Origin: Candidatus Bathyarchaeota archaeon
Lineage (GTDB): Archaea > Thermoproteota > Bathyarchaeia > Bathyarchaeales > Bathycorpusculaceae
Assembly: GCA_963707955.1 (NCBI GenBank)
Contig: OY970176.1
Location: forward strand, 832,001 to 896,000
Length of the DNA: 64,000 nt
Direction of reading: 5' to 3'
A program made the position numbers and the translations under genes. A model generated the notes under the pieces. It was not told the origin of the DNA. It saw only the letters and a program-made list of their open reading frames with translations, and did not search any database. The stretch's first letter is position 1. Every line of letters begins with the position of its first letter. Shown in pieces: positions 20,265 through 30,122 of the stretch.

Positions 20265-20448
20265 TCGCGCGAGTCTCAGTCTCACCAGAAGCAACGCATC
20301 CAACGGGTACGCAAATGAACGATAAACGAAGAAATAATAGGAACACGCTCAATGAATGGACCCATTGCTAATCGCTAGTTACGACTCAAATGAGTGAAGA
20401 ACGCGAGAACGATCTCCTCGGCGCGCGCGATGCAAACTCCTCAAAAGT

Positions 20449-20661
20449 CTAAGAGTCTTGACCTCGAAGATAATTCCTTCCAAAATAGAACCCAGCAAGA
20501 CTGATGACTAGAAAGAAAATCCCAAGTAACAGAACATATTTGCCTTGATCCGCAAAATCAGATTCCCGCATGGTCATCATGCCCCATCCCAAGAGAACTG
20601 AACCAAAACCTGCAACAAGCAGGCCCAACAGTATCAGCTTTATCAAAGTGCCACCTATCAC
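20449..20661 (-). CDS. Small membrane protein
   Basis: SD GGAGG; two TM segments. Confidence 0.55.
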   Translation of the reverse strand: MIGGTLIKLILLGLLVAGFGSVLLGWGMMTMRESDFADQGKYVLLLGIFFLVISLAGFYFGRNYLRGQDS

Positions 20662-20790
20662 TGTGCTGTCCTCCCAACCTGTTCGGTCTTCCCCTCAATC
20701 CATACTTACACCAATCAAGAAGAACATCAGAGGTTGAATTTTAGACTTTCGTCTCAACAAGCGCGTGCCGAAAAAACCAGTCCGCTCATG

Positions 20791-21010
20791 TCCTCGGAGA
20801 CATAAGCCTTCCCCTCATTTGAAAAAGAGGAAAAGTTAGAAGGCATCTCATACGGAAGCCAATCTTAAAACTATGCATGAGCTTCCTATTAGCATCTTGT
20901 TGTGAAGGCATATTGTCTCCTCGTCCCCAAACGACGAAAAGATGAAGGTTCATGAAATAGAAATCGGAGATGCGGAAATGAAAACCCTTAAACGAACCCA
21001 AGAAGAAATT
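20791..21010. repeat. Conserved element right-end block, copy A
   Basis: Closely similar to 30123-30340, near-identical over the first about 140 bp. Confidence 0.85.
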
Positions 21011-21072
21011 CGATACGCCCAATTATGGGCAGAAATAGAGGTCCCAAAAAGTCTAAAAGGAGTAGAAGGCCA

Positions 21073-21271
21073 ATGAGCAAAGAAAGTCAGAACCCAAGCC
21101 AGCCGCCAGCCAGCGAGCGAGTAAGCCAGCAGGCCAGTCAGCCTCATGCCATAGCCCTCAACGGTGAAAAACAAAGCCCGAATCAACCAGTAAACAATAA
21201 ACAAACACAAAAAACAGAAGATAAAGAAAATTATAATGGATTAGGACGGGTTACGACCAACACGCCAGCCC
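21073..21271 (+). CDS. Int(N): N-terminal fragment of the split integrase of element 1
   Basis: AGGAG SD and ATG 21073; frame runs into att as GRVTTNTPAL, the same frame as Int(C) at 15147. Confidence 0.65.
21247..21271 (+). repeat. att copy 2 (junction of elements 1 and 2)
   Basis: CGGGTTACGACCAACACGCCAGCCC. Confidence 0.9.
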
Positions 21272-21338
21272 TTTACACCTGTACACCGCCCTTTTGCAGA
21301 AATCGACATCAAAACGCGGTTCTGAGAGGTGAAGACTG

Positions 21339-22286
21339 ATGACGTACAGAAACACCTCAATCAGACCCGTAATAACACCAACCACACTCGAAAAACAATT
21401 AATCCCTAACAATACATCAATCCTGAACGTACTAATTCAAATGAAAAACGACAACAAGAGCGACTACACAATAAACTTCACCAGAAAAGCACTGAACCTC
21501 CTGGCAAAACATACGAGCCTCGCGGAACCTGAAGCAGTGAAGCACTTCATAGCACAACACCGAGTGTCAGACGGATACAAAAGAAACCTCTGCATAGCTT
21601 ACAACAAATACTGCAAATACTACAAAATAGAATGGCAAATGCCACAGTATCTCGAAGAAGCCAAGAATATCAAACTACCAACAAGAGAAAAACTACTCAT
21701 GTTAGTAGCCAAAACCAAAGTCCCATTGTCAATCAAACTGAGGCTGAGTATGGAAACAGGATTACGGCCCGTCGAACTATGCAGACTAAGAGTTAACGAC
21801 TTGGATTTAGACCACAGAACAGTCAACCCAACAACCGCCAAGAAAGGTAATCCGAGAACACTGCCAATTTCGCAATCACTCACAGAATCATTAATTGAAT
21901 GGATAGGCAAGAAACGACTAAAACCAACCGACAAAATATTCAAAGGAAAAGCCGACGATTACGGCAAACACTATCGAATCATGCGAAACAAACTTGCAGA
22001 AGACATTAAAGACCCATCAATACGCATGATCAGGCTATACGACTTCAGACACTATTTTTGCACCAAGAAACTAAACGACATCGGAAATCCTTACACTGTA
22101 ATGGTCTTGATGGGACACAAAAAACTTGAAACCACGCAAAGATACATGCCCCTACTGAATCTAAACGACGATGAATGGACATGCACAGGAGCAACAACTG
22201 CGCAAGAAGCTATGAAACTAATAGAAGCAGGCTATCAATATGTCACAACAATCGAAGGAATACAGCTGTTCAAAAGAAGAAAATAG
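21339..22286 (+). CDS. Tyrosine integrase, paralog 2
   Basis: Same R-K-YxxR-H-Y motifs as integrase 1; own SD GAGGTGA. Confidence 0.92.
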   Translation: MTYRNTSIRPVITPTTLEKQLIPNNTSILNVLIQMKNDNKSDYTINFTRKALNLLAKHTSLAEPEAVKHFIAQHRVSDGYKRNLCIAYNKYCKYYKIEWQMPQYLEEAKNIKLPTREKLLMLVAKTKVPLSIKLRLSMETGLRPVELCRLRVNDLDLDHRTVNPTTAKKGNPRTLPISQSLTESLIEWIGKKRLKPTDKIFKGKADDYGKHYRIMRNKLAEDIKDPSIRMIRLYDFRHYFCTKKLNDIGNPYTVMVLMGHKKLETTQRYMPLLNLNDDEWTCTGATTAQEAMKLIEAGYQYVTTIEGIQLFKRRK

Positions 22287-22383
22287 ACACAAATGACACC
22301 TCTTTTTTTCTTTCACCAGTCAATCAGTAACTTATCGCGCACGCCAAGGAAAAAGAAGGGAATTGATAGAAGATGAGGTGATT

Positions 22384-22699
22384 CTATTTGGCTTTTTTAA
22401 GCATTGCTACAACTTCTTTGTTCTTCAGGACAATCTTGGTTTCCATTGTGTTGAATGAGAGCCATTCCATCAATTTTGGCTCCATTTGCAGTTTTTGCAT
22501 AGCATCAAAGTCGCCTTCTAAGACCATATAGACTAGGTGCTCTGGGAAGTCAGTCCATGAGACCGAGCATCTTTACTCCATGCTTCTTCGTCAAACTCTC
22601 CATCTTATCAAAGAGTTCCAGAGTACTCTTTCGGTGTTTCTCACTGAACGCAGGGCAATTCTCAGGGGCATGCTTGTTTATCCACATGAATACTGGCAT
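22384..22699 (-). pseudogene. Small protein with a +1 frameshift
   Basis: MPVFMWINKHAPENCP...VKMLG continues as SWTDFPEHLVY...MLKKAK* after removing 1 nt; span is 316 nt. Confidence 0.65.
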
Positions 22700-22807
22700 T
22701 TTGATACACTCAGATAATCTGCTCCGTTCTTTTGGAAATATAAGCCTTTGCAGAGTGACCACAATGCAAACATCAAAAACCTCTCTTTTATTCAAGCAAA
22801 ATTCGTC

Positions 22808-22857
22808 TTGGCTCGTGAGCCTTTCGGCTCACTCGCACGTTCCAGACGATTCGCCAC
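22808..22857 (-). repeat. Structured 50-bp repeat, copy 2
   Basis: Two substitutions versus copy 1. Confidence 0.9.
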
Positions 22858-23245
22858 GAAGACTAATACCTTTCGTTTCTGCTTGGAACATTCCACGACA
22901 AGTTCGAGTATTAATATAAGTCGCTCTCTACGCACTATGCGTTCAGCGGCAGAAGGAGTGCTCTTTTATTTGAATGAGGAAGAGCTGAAGAAAATCTGGT
23001 GGAACATCCTTCAGAAGAAAGGATGTTCAATCCAAGAAGTTGAAATAGGATCTAGGAGATATTTGACGACAAATTACAGGCGAACAGAGCCTGTAGGCTC
23101 AAGTGAAGCGCGCGCGCTAAAGACCTGAACGAATTTATCCCAGACATATCAAGCTGAATTACTAGCTGAACGTTTTGCTATCGCCCATGGAAGTTGGTTG
23201 GGGCAAAGTCTTATGAAAAACCCCGAGGCTGACTAAAACTCAAGC

Positions 23246-24502
23246 TTAGCACTTAGGAATCTGTTCGTACAAACCCAACGTTTTTGCAGCGATCTTATCC
23301 CAAGTAAACTCGTTCAGAACCCTCTTTCTACCGTTCTTTCCAAGCCACTTTTTCTTGTCAGCATTTTCCAAAACGCTGTTTATTCCCCATGCTATGTCCG
23401 ACGGATTATTAGGATCTATGTGATAACCACATTGCTCATCTCCGCAACAGACAACGATTTCACGCATCCCACTTATACCCGCAGCTCCAACAACAACAGG
23501 TCGTTCCATCGCCATGGCTTCAAGAACAACTATTCCGAAGGGCTCATAGAAACTTGGGAAAACTGCAACGTCACATGCAGCATAATGAAGAATACGTTCT
23601 TCCTCGGGAATGAATTCGAACCTGAACTTCACGAAATCACTCATCTTCGTAGCTTTCACCAGATTCATCAAGTATTCCTGCAAGTCGCCAAGACCAACGA
23701 TAACAAGCTTCGCCTTAGGATTCTTCTGCAAAACATGCGGCAAAGCCATAATCAGTTTATCAACACCTTTCATACCGGCGAGTCGACCTATAAAAAGAAT
23801 CATTTCCTCATCGTCCTTCACGTCATACATAGCTCTGATCTTTTTGACTTGATCAGGAGTCACCGTGCTCGGATTGTACTTGTCAGGGTCGACACCGTTA
23901 TAGGAAACCTGGATTTTCTCCTTCGGAAAACCAAGTCCAACCAACTCATCCTTCATAGCATAAGAAACTGTCACGATAAGGTCGGCCACTCGAGCGGCGT
24001 GAAGTTCAATGTTGCTGAGAGTGACCGAACCGTTCCCAAGAGTTCTTCCCTTTTCGGTTGAATGAACATGAAAAGCGAATGGCATTCCAACCTCCCTTTT
24101 CACAGTCATCCCTCCTATGGCAGAAAGCCAGTCATGAGCGACCACTATGTCATACTTGATATCTTCTTTCCTGATCAGTTCATTAACCAGCTTCGACGCA
24201 CTCAAATAATTATAGACAAAAATTTTAGAGAAAAATTGTATTCCTTTCCCCATTCCCCACTTCCTTATGTCTTCTGCAACAACGTCAGGCAGAGAATCGG
24301 AAATGTCAATGGGCAACGGACGGTGAATCTCGATACCGCGCCAAATCTCCCGTGTCGGCAAGCTACCGGCGTCATCATTCATCGTAAACACAGTCACATC
24401 ATTGTCGTCCAAAACAAACTTCCGAGTAATCTCCGCAGCGTAGGTGCCTAATCCCCCAACAATCTTAGGAGGGTATTCCCAAACAAGAACCGCCAACTTC
24501 AT
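23246..24502 (-). CDS. GT4 glycosyltransferase (glycogen-synthase-like), copy A
   Basis: WEYPPKIVGGLG, AHDW and YEPFGIVVLEAM motifs. Confidence 0.92.
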   Translation of the reverse strand: MKLAVLVWEYPPKIVGGLGTYAAEITRKFVLDDNDVTVFTMNDDAGSLPTREIWRGIEIHRPLPIDISDSLPDVVAEDIRKWGMGKGIQFFSKIFVYNYLSASKLVNELIRKEDIKYDIVVAHDWLSAIGGMTVKREVGMPFAFHVHSTEKGRTLGNGSVTLSNIELHAARVADLIVTVSYAMKDELVGLGFPKEKIQVSYNGVDPDKYNPSTVTPDQVKKIRAMYDVKDDEEMILFIGRLAGMKGVDKLIMALPHVLQKNPKAKLVIVGLGDLQEYLMNLVKATKMSDFVKFRFEFIPEEERILHYAACDVAVFPSFYEPFGIVVLEAMAMERPVVVGAAGISGMREIVVCCGDEQCGYHIDPNNPSDIAWGINSVLENADKKKWLGKNGRKRVLNEFTWDKIAAKTLGLYEQIPKC

Positions 24503-24726
24503 TTTTTCACCATCGCGAGTCGATCGATGGCTTCTAACTGATACAAAACTTTACCTTATTTACTTTCCTCACTCAACATACACCTGTTCTGACGATCATA
24601 AAGCAGATTTCATTTCCTAGCGCGCGCGCAATTGCTATAGCGTACGTATAAGAAAAGTTAAGAATAAGTTAAGAATCACTCCGCGCGCAGAATATCCTAC
24701 CAACAGCTTGACCGCGATAGTAGCGC

Positions 24727-24765
24727 GCTCGCTCGCTCGCTCGCACGTTCCAGACGATACGCCAA
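24727..24765 (-). repeat. 50-bp repeat, copy 3 (partial; hairpin replaced by (GCTC)n)
   Basis: CTCGCACGTTCCAGACGATACGCCAA retained. Confidence 0.8.
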
Positions 24766-24856
24766 AACAGACATTCTCAATTAATTCGCGTTTTTCAAAT
24801 TATACAAAAAGTCTTTTATTCGAGACTACTCGTAACCTTCAAACTGAGGACCGATA

Positions 24857-25330
24857 ATGAAAACTCTGGTACTTTATTACACCCGAACTGGAAACACGAA
24901 ATTCGTCGCCGAAACTATTGCGGCAGAACTTGGAGCTGACATGGAAGAAGTCATAGACTTGAAGAAACGCCAAGGCACACTCGGCTGGCTATCAGCTGGC
25001 AGAGACGCCATGGGTGCAAAAGAAACCGAAATTGCCCAAACAAAAAGAATTCCAACTGACTACGACCTCATAATCATCGGACAACCCGTCTGGGCTCGAA
25101 ATCCGACGCCAGCAATCAGAACATACCTGAACAAGAATGACTTGTCGGGGAAGAAAGTGGCGTTGTTCCTCTCCGATATCAATCTGGGTCAAACCGTCGA
25201 GAAGACCAAAGCGTTAATGTCGAACTCCACCTTAGTCGGCGAGTTAGTCTTATCAGCGAAAGAATTAGAGAACAAGGAAGAGACAAAAAAGAAAATCGCT
25301 GAATGGTGCAACACACTCCAAATAGTGTAA
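24857..25330 (+). CDS. Flavodoxin-like protein
   Basis: YYTRTGNT, YDLIIIGQPVW and GKKVALF motifs. Confidence 0.88.
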   Translation: MKTLVLYYTRTGNTKFVAETIAAELGADMEEVIDLKKRQGTLGWLSAGRDAMGAKETEIAQTKRIPTDYDLIIIGQPVWARNPTPAIRTYLNKNDLSGKKVALFLSDINLGQTVEKTKALMSNSTLVGELVLSAKELENKEETKKKIAEWCNTLQIV

Positions 25331-25408
25331 TATGCTCAGTGCGCGCGCGCTCAAAAAACCGACACAGATCGCTCGATAAAACTCTAGCTCCACACACTGA
25401 AACTACTG

Positions 25409-25912
25409 TCAGATTATCTCTTTTGCCATGGTTATTCGTTCTGGTTTGTATCCAGTTCTGCTGTAAAGCTTTATTGCAGAGTCATTTGTCGCTGATACCG
25501 AAAGAGCAATTCTGGAATGCCCCTTCCTTCTACAATAATCTTCCGCCTTTTCCAAAAGCAACTTCCCGATTCCCTTGCCTCTGAATTCCTCTTCAACAAA
25601 AATGTCATAAATATAACCGAAGGTCAGCTTAGTAATCTGGCCTCTGATTTGTCCAACGATCAAGTGTCCAACGTACTTATGATGTTCATCCTCTGCGACA
25701 AAGACCTCGGTATTTTCTTCCTTCAAGATATTCTCATAATCTTCAATCACATTCATGTTCCATTTCTCTCTATCGAGAAGCTTTTTCTGCGTTTCAGGGA
25801 TGTATTCCCACGAGTTTTCAACAAACATTTTCTTCACTAAGGATATGTCAGTTGCTTTTGCTTTCCTTAATTGAATGTTCATCAACATCATCCTTTTCGC
25901 GCCAGATGTCAA
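25409..25912 (-). CDS. GNAT acetyltransferase, copy A
   Basis: VEEEFRGKGIGKLL and N.SAIKLY..TGY motifs; start uncertain. Confidence 0.88.
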   Translation of the reverse strand: MTSGAKRMMLMNIQLRKAKATDISLVKKMFVENSWEYIPETQKKLLDREKWNMNVIEDYENILKEENTEVFVAEDEHHKYVGHLIVGQIRGQITKLTFGYIYDIFVEEEFRGKGIGKLLLEKAEDYCRRKGHSRIALSVSATNDSAIKLYSRTGYKPERITMAKEII

Positions 25913-25952
25913 GTTCGATTCAAGTCTCCTTTAATATTTTGTGTAGCGCGCG

Positions 25953-26043
25953 TGACAGCGAAAGAAGCAACCAAACTTGTAGAAGCAGGATTCCAACACG
26001 TCACAACAATCGAAGGAATACAACTATTCAAAAACGCAAGTAA
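25953..26043 (+). pseudogene. Integrase 3'-end remnant
   Basis: TAKEATKLVEAGFQHVTTIEGIQLFK matches the C-termini of both integrases. Confidence 0.88.
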
Positions 26044-26115
26044 CCAACAACCTCCCTCCTTTTTTAATGTGGAAAACATATTTACTCATGAGAGTAGCGT
26101 GCGCGGGTAATACTC

Positions 26116-26565
26116 ATGAATGAGGATGATTTGTCATTCCAAATATGCAAGCTGCCTGAAGATTCCAAGTCTGTAGAAGAAGGCTTTCGAACAATTCGAG
26201 ACGGTCTCAGGAGAAATATTACTGACAAAACCAGCAACGTCGAACCACCAAGAACAATCGCGATATTGATCCGAGACAAAAGGAACTGCATCGTGGGAGG
26301 AGTAATAGGTTATGCCATGGGAGGATGGCTACTTGTCGATCTTCTATGGGTCGAGGAATCACTCAGGAACAAGGGCTACGGCACCAAACTTCTCAAAATG
26401 GTTGAAAACGAAGCAGCAAAGCTCGGATGCAAATACGCTCACCTAGAAACTTTCAGCTTTGAAGCACGACCATTCTACGAGAAGCACGGCTACACACTTT
26501 TTGCAACGCTTGGCAATTACCCAGAAGGGCACAGTAAACATTTCCTAAAGAAAAAACTGGCATGA
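26116..26565 (+). CDS. GNAT acetyltransferase
   Basis: LWVEESLRNKGYG and TFSFEARPFYEKHGY motifs. Confidence 0.9.
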   Translation: MNEDDLSFQICKLPEDSKSVEEGFRTIRDGLRRNITDKTSNVEPPRTIAILIRDKRNCIVGGVIGYAMGGWLLVDLLWVEESLRNKGYGTKLLKMVENEAAKLGCKYAHLETFSFEARPFYEKHGYTLFATLGNYPEGHSKHFLKKKLA

Positions 26566-26598
26566 GAGTGCACTTGTTCTATATACTGTCGATCGATA

Positions 26599-26645
26599 GC
26601 TCGTGAGCCTTCCGGCTCACTCGAACGTTCCAGACGATACGCCAA
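26599..26645 (-). repeat. Structured 50-bp repeat, copy 4
   Basis: Loop variant GGAA on the minus strand. Confidence 0.88.
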
Positions 26646-26765
26646 AGCCAAAACACAAAGCGCGCGCTTGAAGCACCAAGATCCAAAACCTGTAAGCGGA
26701 GCCTCTTCTAGAATTCGAAAATTATTAAAGCACTATTACGCATATCATACCTTCTGGGAACATAA

Positions 26766-26858
26766 ATGCCGAAAAAAGAAAAACCGTTAACTAAGAAAGA
26801 GCGAGACGAGAAAAGGAAGAAACATAAGGAAAAGCAAAGCAAAACACAGACTTCTTAA
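26766..26858 (+). CDS. 30-aa basic microprotein
   Basis: MPKKEKPLTKKERDEKRKKHKEKQSKTQTS; paralog at 36761-36853. Confidence 0.6.
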   Translation: MPKKEKPLTKKERDEKRKKHKEKQSKTQTS

Positions 26859-27230
26859 GCCCCAAGAAAGAACTTTGCAAAACTCTTTTTCTCTTTTTAC
26901 CATAAAGTTGGCTTCTTTAATGAAATGAAAGAAAGACGCGTCAGCTTTGGATATTATTGGCTTCCTCCATTAATGCGAAAGAAATATGTTTTAGCTTGTT
27001 TATTTATCGTTAATTTGTAGCTGAGATTTATGCCGAGTGTAATGAAACGTAAACAAAAGAATACTCAAATCGCACAACAGAAAAAGATAGAACGGGATAA
27101 AGAAGCGAAAAAGAAACAGTTGAGACAGCAACTTCCTGCCAAGGGCAAGAAACGTTAAAGCCACTAAAGGAGCTATGGTAACCATCTAGAGCGCGCGCCT
27201 AGAAGACAACAATACAGCGCGCGCTGCTTA

Positions 27231-27752
27231 TCATCCGAACAGGTCCAAGAAGGGGGTAAGCAAATGTTTCGTAACGAAGTTTTCATTCACCAACTCGCCA
27301 TCTTCAGCATTTAGACCGTTACAGGAAGGAATTAGCTTAAGCGTGAAGGAGTTCGGACTGACTCTCTCAAAGTCGAACGGGTACAATCTGCAGCGAGCTG
27401 GCCTAGAATTGTAAATCGGACACTCGTAAGACCCTCTCCTTGGACTGGATTTTAGGAGAATACACCATCCATCTTTGTTGTTTTTCAAGTTTCCAACCAT
27501 CATAGGCAAGCGCTTGAACTTCGGATCCACTGTTGTCTCCAAAAAGTCTTCCAATCTGTGTCCCGTTTTTTTTGCCCGCTCCATATCGCTCTTGATGAGT
27601 ATTGGTCCCCCAAGTTTGCAGCAGAAGACTGCACATCGTTTACACCTGAAACGAAGATCATCATGATAAAAAGTCATCCTCAAAATTCGTTTAGCTTTGG
27701 GATCCAAGATGACTTCTGCAATGTTTTCGTTCAAGTTCTTGCCCTTGCCCAA
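27231..27752 (-). CDS. YkgJ-family Cys-cluster protein
   Basis: FRCKRCAVFCC and CPIYNSRPARCRLYPF motifs. Confidence 0.85.
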   Translation of the reverse strand: MGKGKNLNENIAEVILDPKAKRILRMTFYHDDLRFRCKRCAVFCCKLGGPILIKSDMERAKKTGHRLEDFLETTVDPKFKRLPMMVGNLKNNKDGWCILLKSSPRRGSYECPIYNSRPARCRLYPFDFERVSPNSFTLKLIPSCNGLNAEDGELVNENFVTKHLLTPFLDLFG

Positions 27753-27834
27753 ACAGCTCGCTTTTTGGAGTGTTTAAAGCTTATGTTCTAGCGGGCGCAA
27801 ATAACGACAATCCTTTTTTCCCACAAAAACCATC

Positions 27835-27880
27835 TTGGCTCGTGAGCCTTTCGGCTCACTCGCACGTTCCAGACGATACG
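27835..27880 (-). repeat. Structured 50-bp repeat, copy 5
   Basis: 46-bp identity to copy 1. Confidence 0.9.
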
Positions 27881-27939
27881 TTCAAAGAACCGACACAGAT
27901 CGCTCGATAAAACTCTAGCTCCACACACTGAAACTACTG

Positions 27940-28431
27940 TCAGATTATCTCTTTTGCCATGGTTATTCGTTCTGGTTTGTATCCAGTTCTGCTGTAAAGC
28001 TTTATTGCGGAGTCATTTGTCGCTGATACCGAAAGAGCAATTCTGGAATGCCCCTTCCTTCTACAATAATCTTCCGCCTTTTCCAAAAGCAACTTTCCGA
28101 CTCCCTTGCCTCTGAATTCCTCTTCAACAAATATATCGAAAACATAACCGAAGTTCAGCCCAGTAATCTGGCCTCTGGTTTGTCCAACGATCAAGTGTCC
28201 AACATACTTATGGTGTTCATCCTCTGCGATAAAGACCTCACTATTTTCTTCCTTCAAGATATTCTCATAATCCTCAATCACATGCATATTCCATTTCTCT
28301 CTATCGAGAAGCTTCTTCTGCGTTTCAGGGATATATTCCCACCCTGTTTCAACAGCCATTTTCTTCACTAATGGCATGTCAGTTGCTTTTGCTTTCCTTA
28401 AGTGAATGTTCATCATCATCATCATCATCAC
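27940..28431 (-). CDS. GNAT acetyltransferase, copy B (duplicate of 25409-25912)
   Basis: Near-identical protein; (ATG)6 tract at start. Confidence 0.88.
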   Translation of the reverse strand: MMMMMMMNIHLRKAKATDMPLVKKMAVETGWEYIPETQKKLLDREKWNMHVIEDYENILKEENSEVFIAEDEHHKYVGHLIVGQTRGQITGLNFGYVFDIFVEEEFRGKGVGKLLLEKAEDYCRRKGHSRIALSVSATNDSAIKLYSRTGYKPERITMAKEII

Positions 28432-28548
28432 CTTTTCGCGCCAGATGTCAAGTTTGATTCAAGTCTCCTTTAATATTTTGTGTAGCGCGCGAAACATCAA
28501 ACGCTGAAAACTAAAATAATAAAAAAATGGAAACTAACCGCGCGCGCG

Positions 28549-28591
28549 AACAACAATCGAAGGAATACAACTATTCAGAAAACGCAAATAG
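28549..28591 (+). pseudogene. Integrase 3'-end remnant
   Basis: TTIEGIQLFRKRK* followed by the same C/T-rich terminator-like tract as integrase 1. Confidence 0.85.
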
Positions 28592-28645
28592 CCACAACCC
28601 CCATTTTTTTATTTCGAAATAGAAGGAAAGAAACTGCCTGAGAAA

Positions 28646-29005
28646 TTGAGACTGTTGAAATTTGACGAAAAAGAATACTACAGCAGACTATCTGAAAAGC
28701 AACTAGAGGAAGCGATAGAAAAAGACTTGAACACCGTTTTGACCCAGAACCTGTTTGAGCTAAAAACATTCATCAATTACGATCTAAAACTAGGCAAGCA
28801 TGAAAATGATGCTGTATTCTGGAATTTTGTTGGAAACCCCCTTTATAGAATGCTTGAAAAAAGCATTGTAGAGAACTGCCGCAATAGTGAAAGATACAGA
28901 AAGAAGCTCATTTATAGAATGGATAACCTCATAAATGAACTTAGACCAGACTGGGCGCTTTTCATGGAAAGAGAAGAAAGAAGAAAGAAGCAACCCAAGA
29001 AATAG
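28646..29005 (+). CDS. Hypothetical protein
   Basis: 119-aa ORF. Confidence 0.55.
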   Translation: MRLLKFDEKEYYSRLSEKQLEEAIEKDLNTVLTQNLFELKTFINYDLKLGKHENDAVFWNFVGNPLYRMLEKSIVENCRNSERYRKKLIYRMDNLINELRPDWALFMEREERRKKQPKK

Positions 29006-29081
29006 TCTTTCAAGAAATCGTATTCTTCCTCAAGATAGCATCAAAAATTTTACCGTACAGTTTTGTCAGTAACGCGCGCGC

Positions 29082-29133
29082 GAATGGCAAAGACTTCGAT
29101 GAACTGGCAAGAAGACACAAATTCATGAAGTAA
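29082..29133 (+). pseudogene. 3' remnant of the element-1 HTH regulator
   Basis: NGKDFDELARRHKFMK* matches 20213-20264. Confidence 0.85.
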
Positions 29134-29149
29134 GCCCGTAGCGGGCGCG

Positions 29150-30019
29150 CTAGATCGCAACCGTTGCCGAGTAAATTTCAGATGCTATTTCGATTGCTTT
29201 TTCCCACTCTCTCTTTCTGAGGTTCTCCACCGCTTCTGTTACCAGTGCACATGTCTTCTTGCGTATATCGTCATTGCTTGTTCTTCTTTCCACAACATTG
29301 CGGGCAATGCATACAGATTCAATTGCTACTTTCGCCAAGACAAACTTGTCGATGTCATATCTTTCAGATACCACCGCGCTCAGATTGAAATCTGATAGAT
29401 GCCTTTTGATTCGAGGAATTCCAGATGCCAAAACGTAAGCAAAGACAACAACAAGAATATAGTAAGCTGCAACTACCAAGGAATTCTGCAAAAGAGTAAG
29501 TGTGGGAATTGCTGATACATTCGGAAATCCCTGAGCAGAATAGAGCCAAATTCCGTAAACAATAGGCACGAAGACTCCGACTACGCATGAGAAAATTCCG
29601 ACACCGCGCGCATTTATCAGATTTATCAATCGCCAACTATAGTCAATTAACCCTTGATCCCCACTTTCATTCACAAAGAGGTTTATTATGTGCACACTAG
29701 ATGTGTTCTTCTTCACATCCTCTGCCATTTGCTGATTCATCTTCTTCGTGTGCGAATCTACAAACTCAGCCACTAGTTCTACGCACTGGTCGCGTACTCC
29801 CAGCCTCCCTTTCTGTGCCCAAATCTTGCCGTATATTGTTCTAACGTACCCTTGATAGATAACAAAGCCAACAGGTATCACAGACGCAATTATGAAGGTT
29901 ATCGCCCGAGTGTCGAACGTACTGGTTTTTCCGACCATTATTAAAAACAACAGAATAAAAAAGAAGGCAAAAAAACCTGGAATGGAATAATACAGCAAAG
30001 TCTCGTTCTCAGTCTTCAC
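29150..30019 (-). CDS. Hypothetical membrane protein
   Basis: 289 aa with about 4 hydrophobic segments. Confidence 0.7.
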   Translation of the reverse strand: MKTENETLLYYSIPGFFAFFFILLFLIMVGKTSTFDTRAITFIIASVIPVGFVIYQGYVRTIYGKIWAQKGRLGVRDQCVELVAEFVDSHTKKMNQQMAEDVKKNTSSVHIINLFVNESGDQGLIDYSWRLINLINARGVGIFSCVVGVFVPIVYGIWLYSAQGFPNVSAIPTLTLLQNSLVVAAYYILVVVFAYVLASGIPRIKRHLSDFNLSAVVSERYDIDKFVLAKVAIESVCIARNVVERRTSNDDIRKKTCALVTEAVENLRKREWEKAIEIASEIYSATVAI

Positions 30020-30122
30020 ATCCCTTCACTACCAAGGTGCTATTCTTGTTGCCTGATTACTTAAAACAGTGCCGAAAAAGAGTGGCTACATCAATCAGCC
30101 AAGATAGAGTCAGGCGCTCCTC

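Larger units (their letters stand above)
15147..21271. mobile_element. Integrative rolling-circle element 1 (about 6.1 kb) inserted in the rnpB 3' end
   Basis: 25-bp direct repeats at both ends, tyrosine integrase next to att, HUH Rep, HTH regulator. Confidence 0.85.

Noticed and set aside
24721-24745. Minus-strand GAGCGAGCGAGCGCGC resembles the AAV Rep-binding element
   Set aside because: Low-complexity, single occurrence, and explained by a (GC)n tract abutting a damaged 50-bp repeat
16533-27880. 50-bp repeats as a CRISPR array linked to cas1
   Set aside because: Copies are 1.2-6.3 kb apart with genes between them; there is no repeat-spacer periodicity
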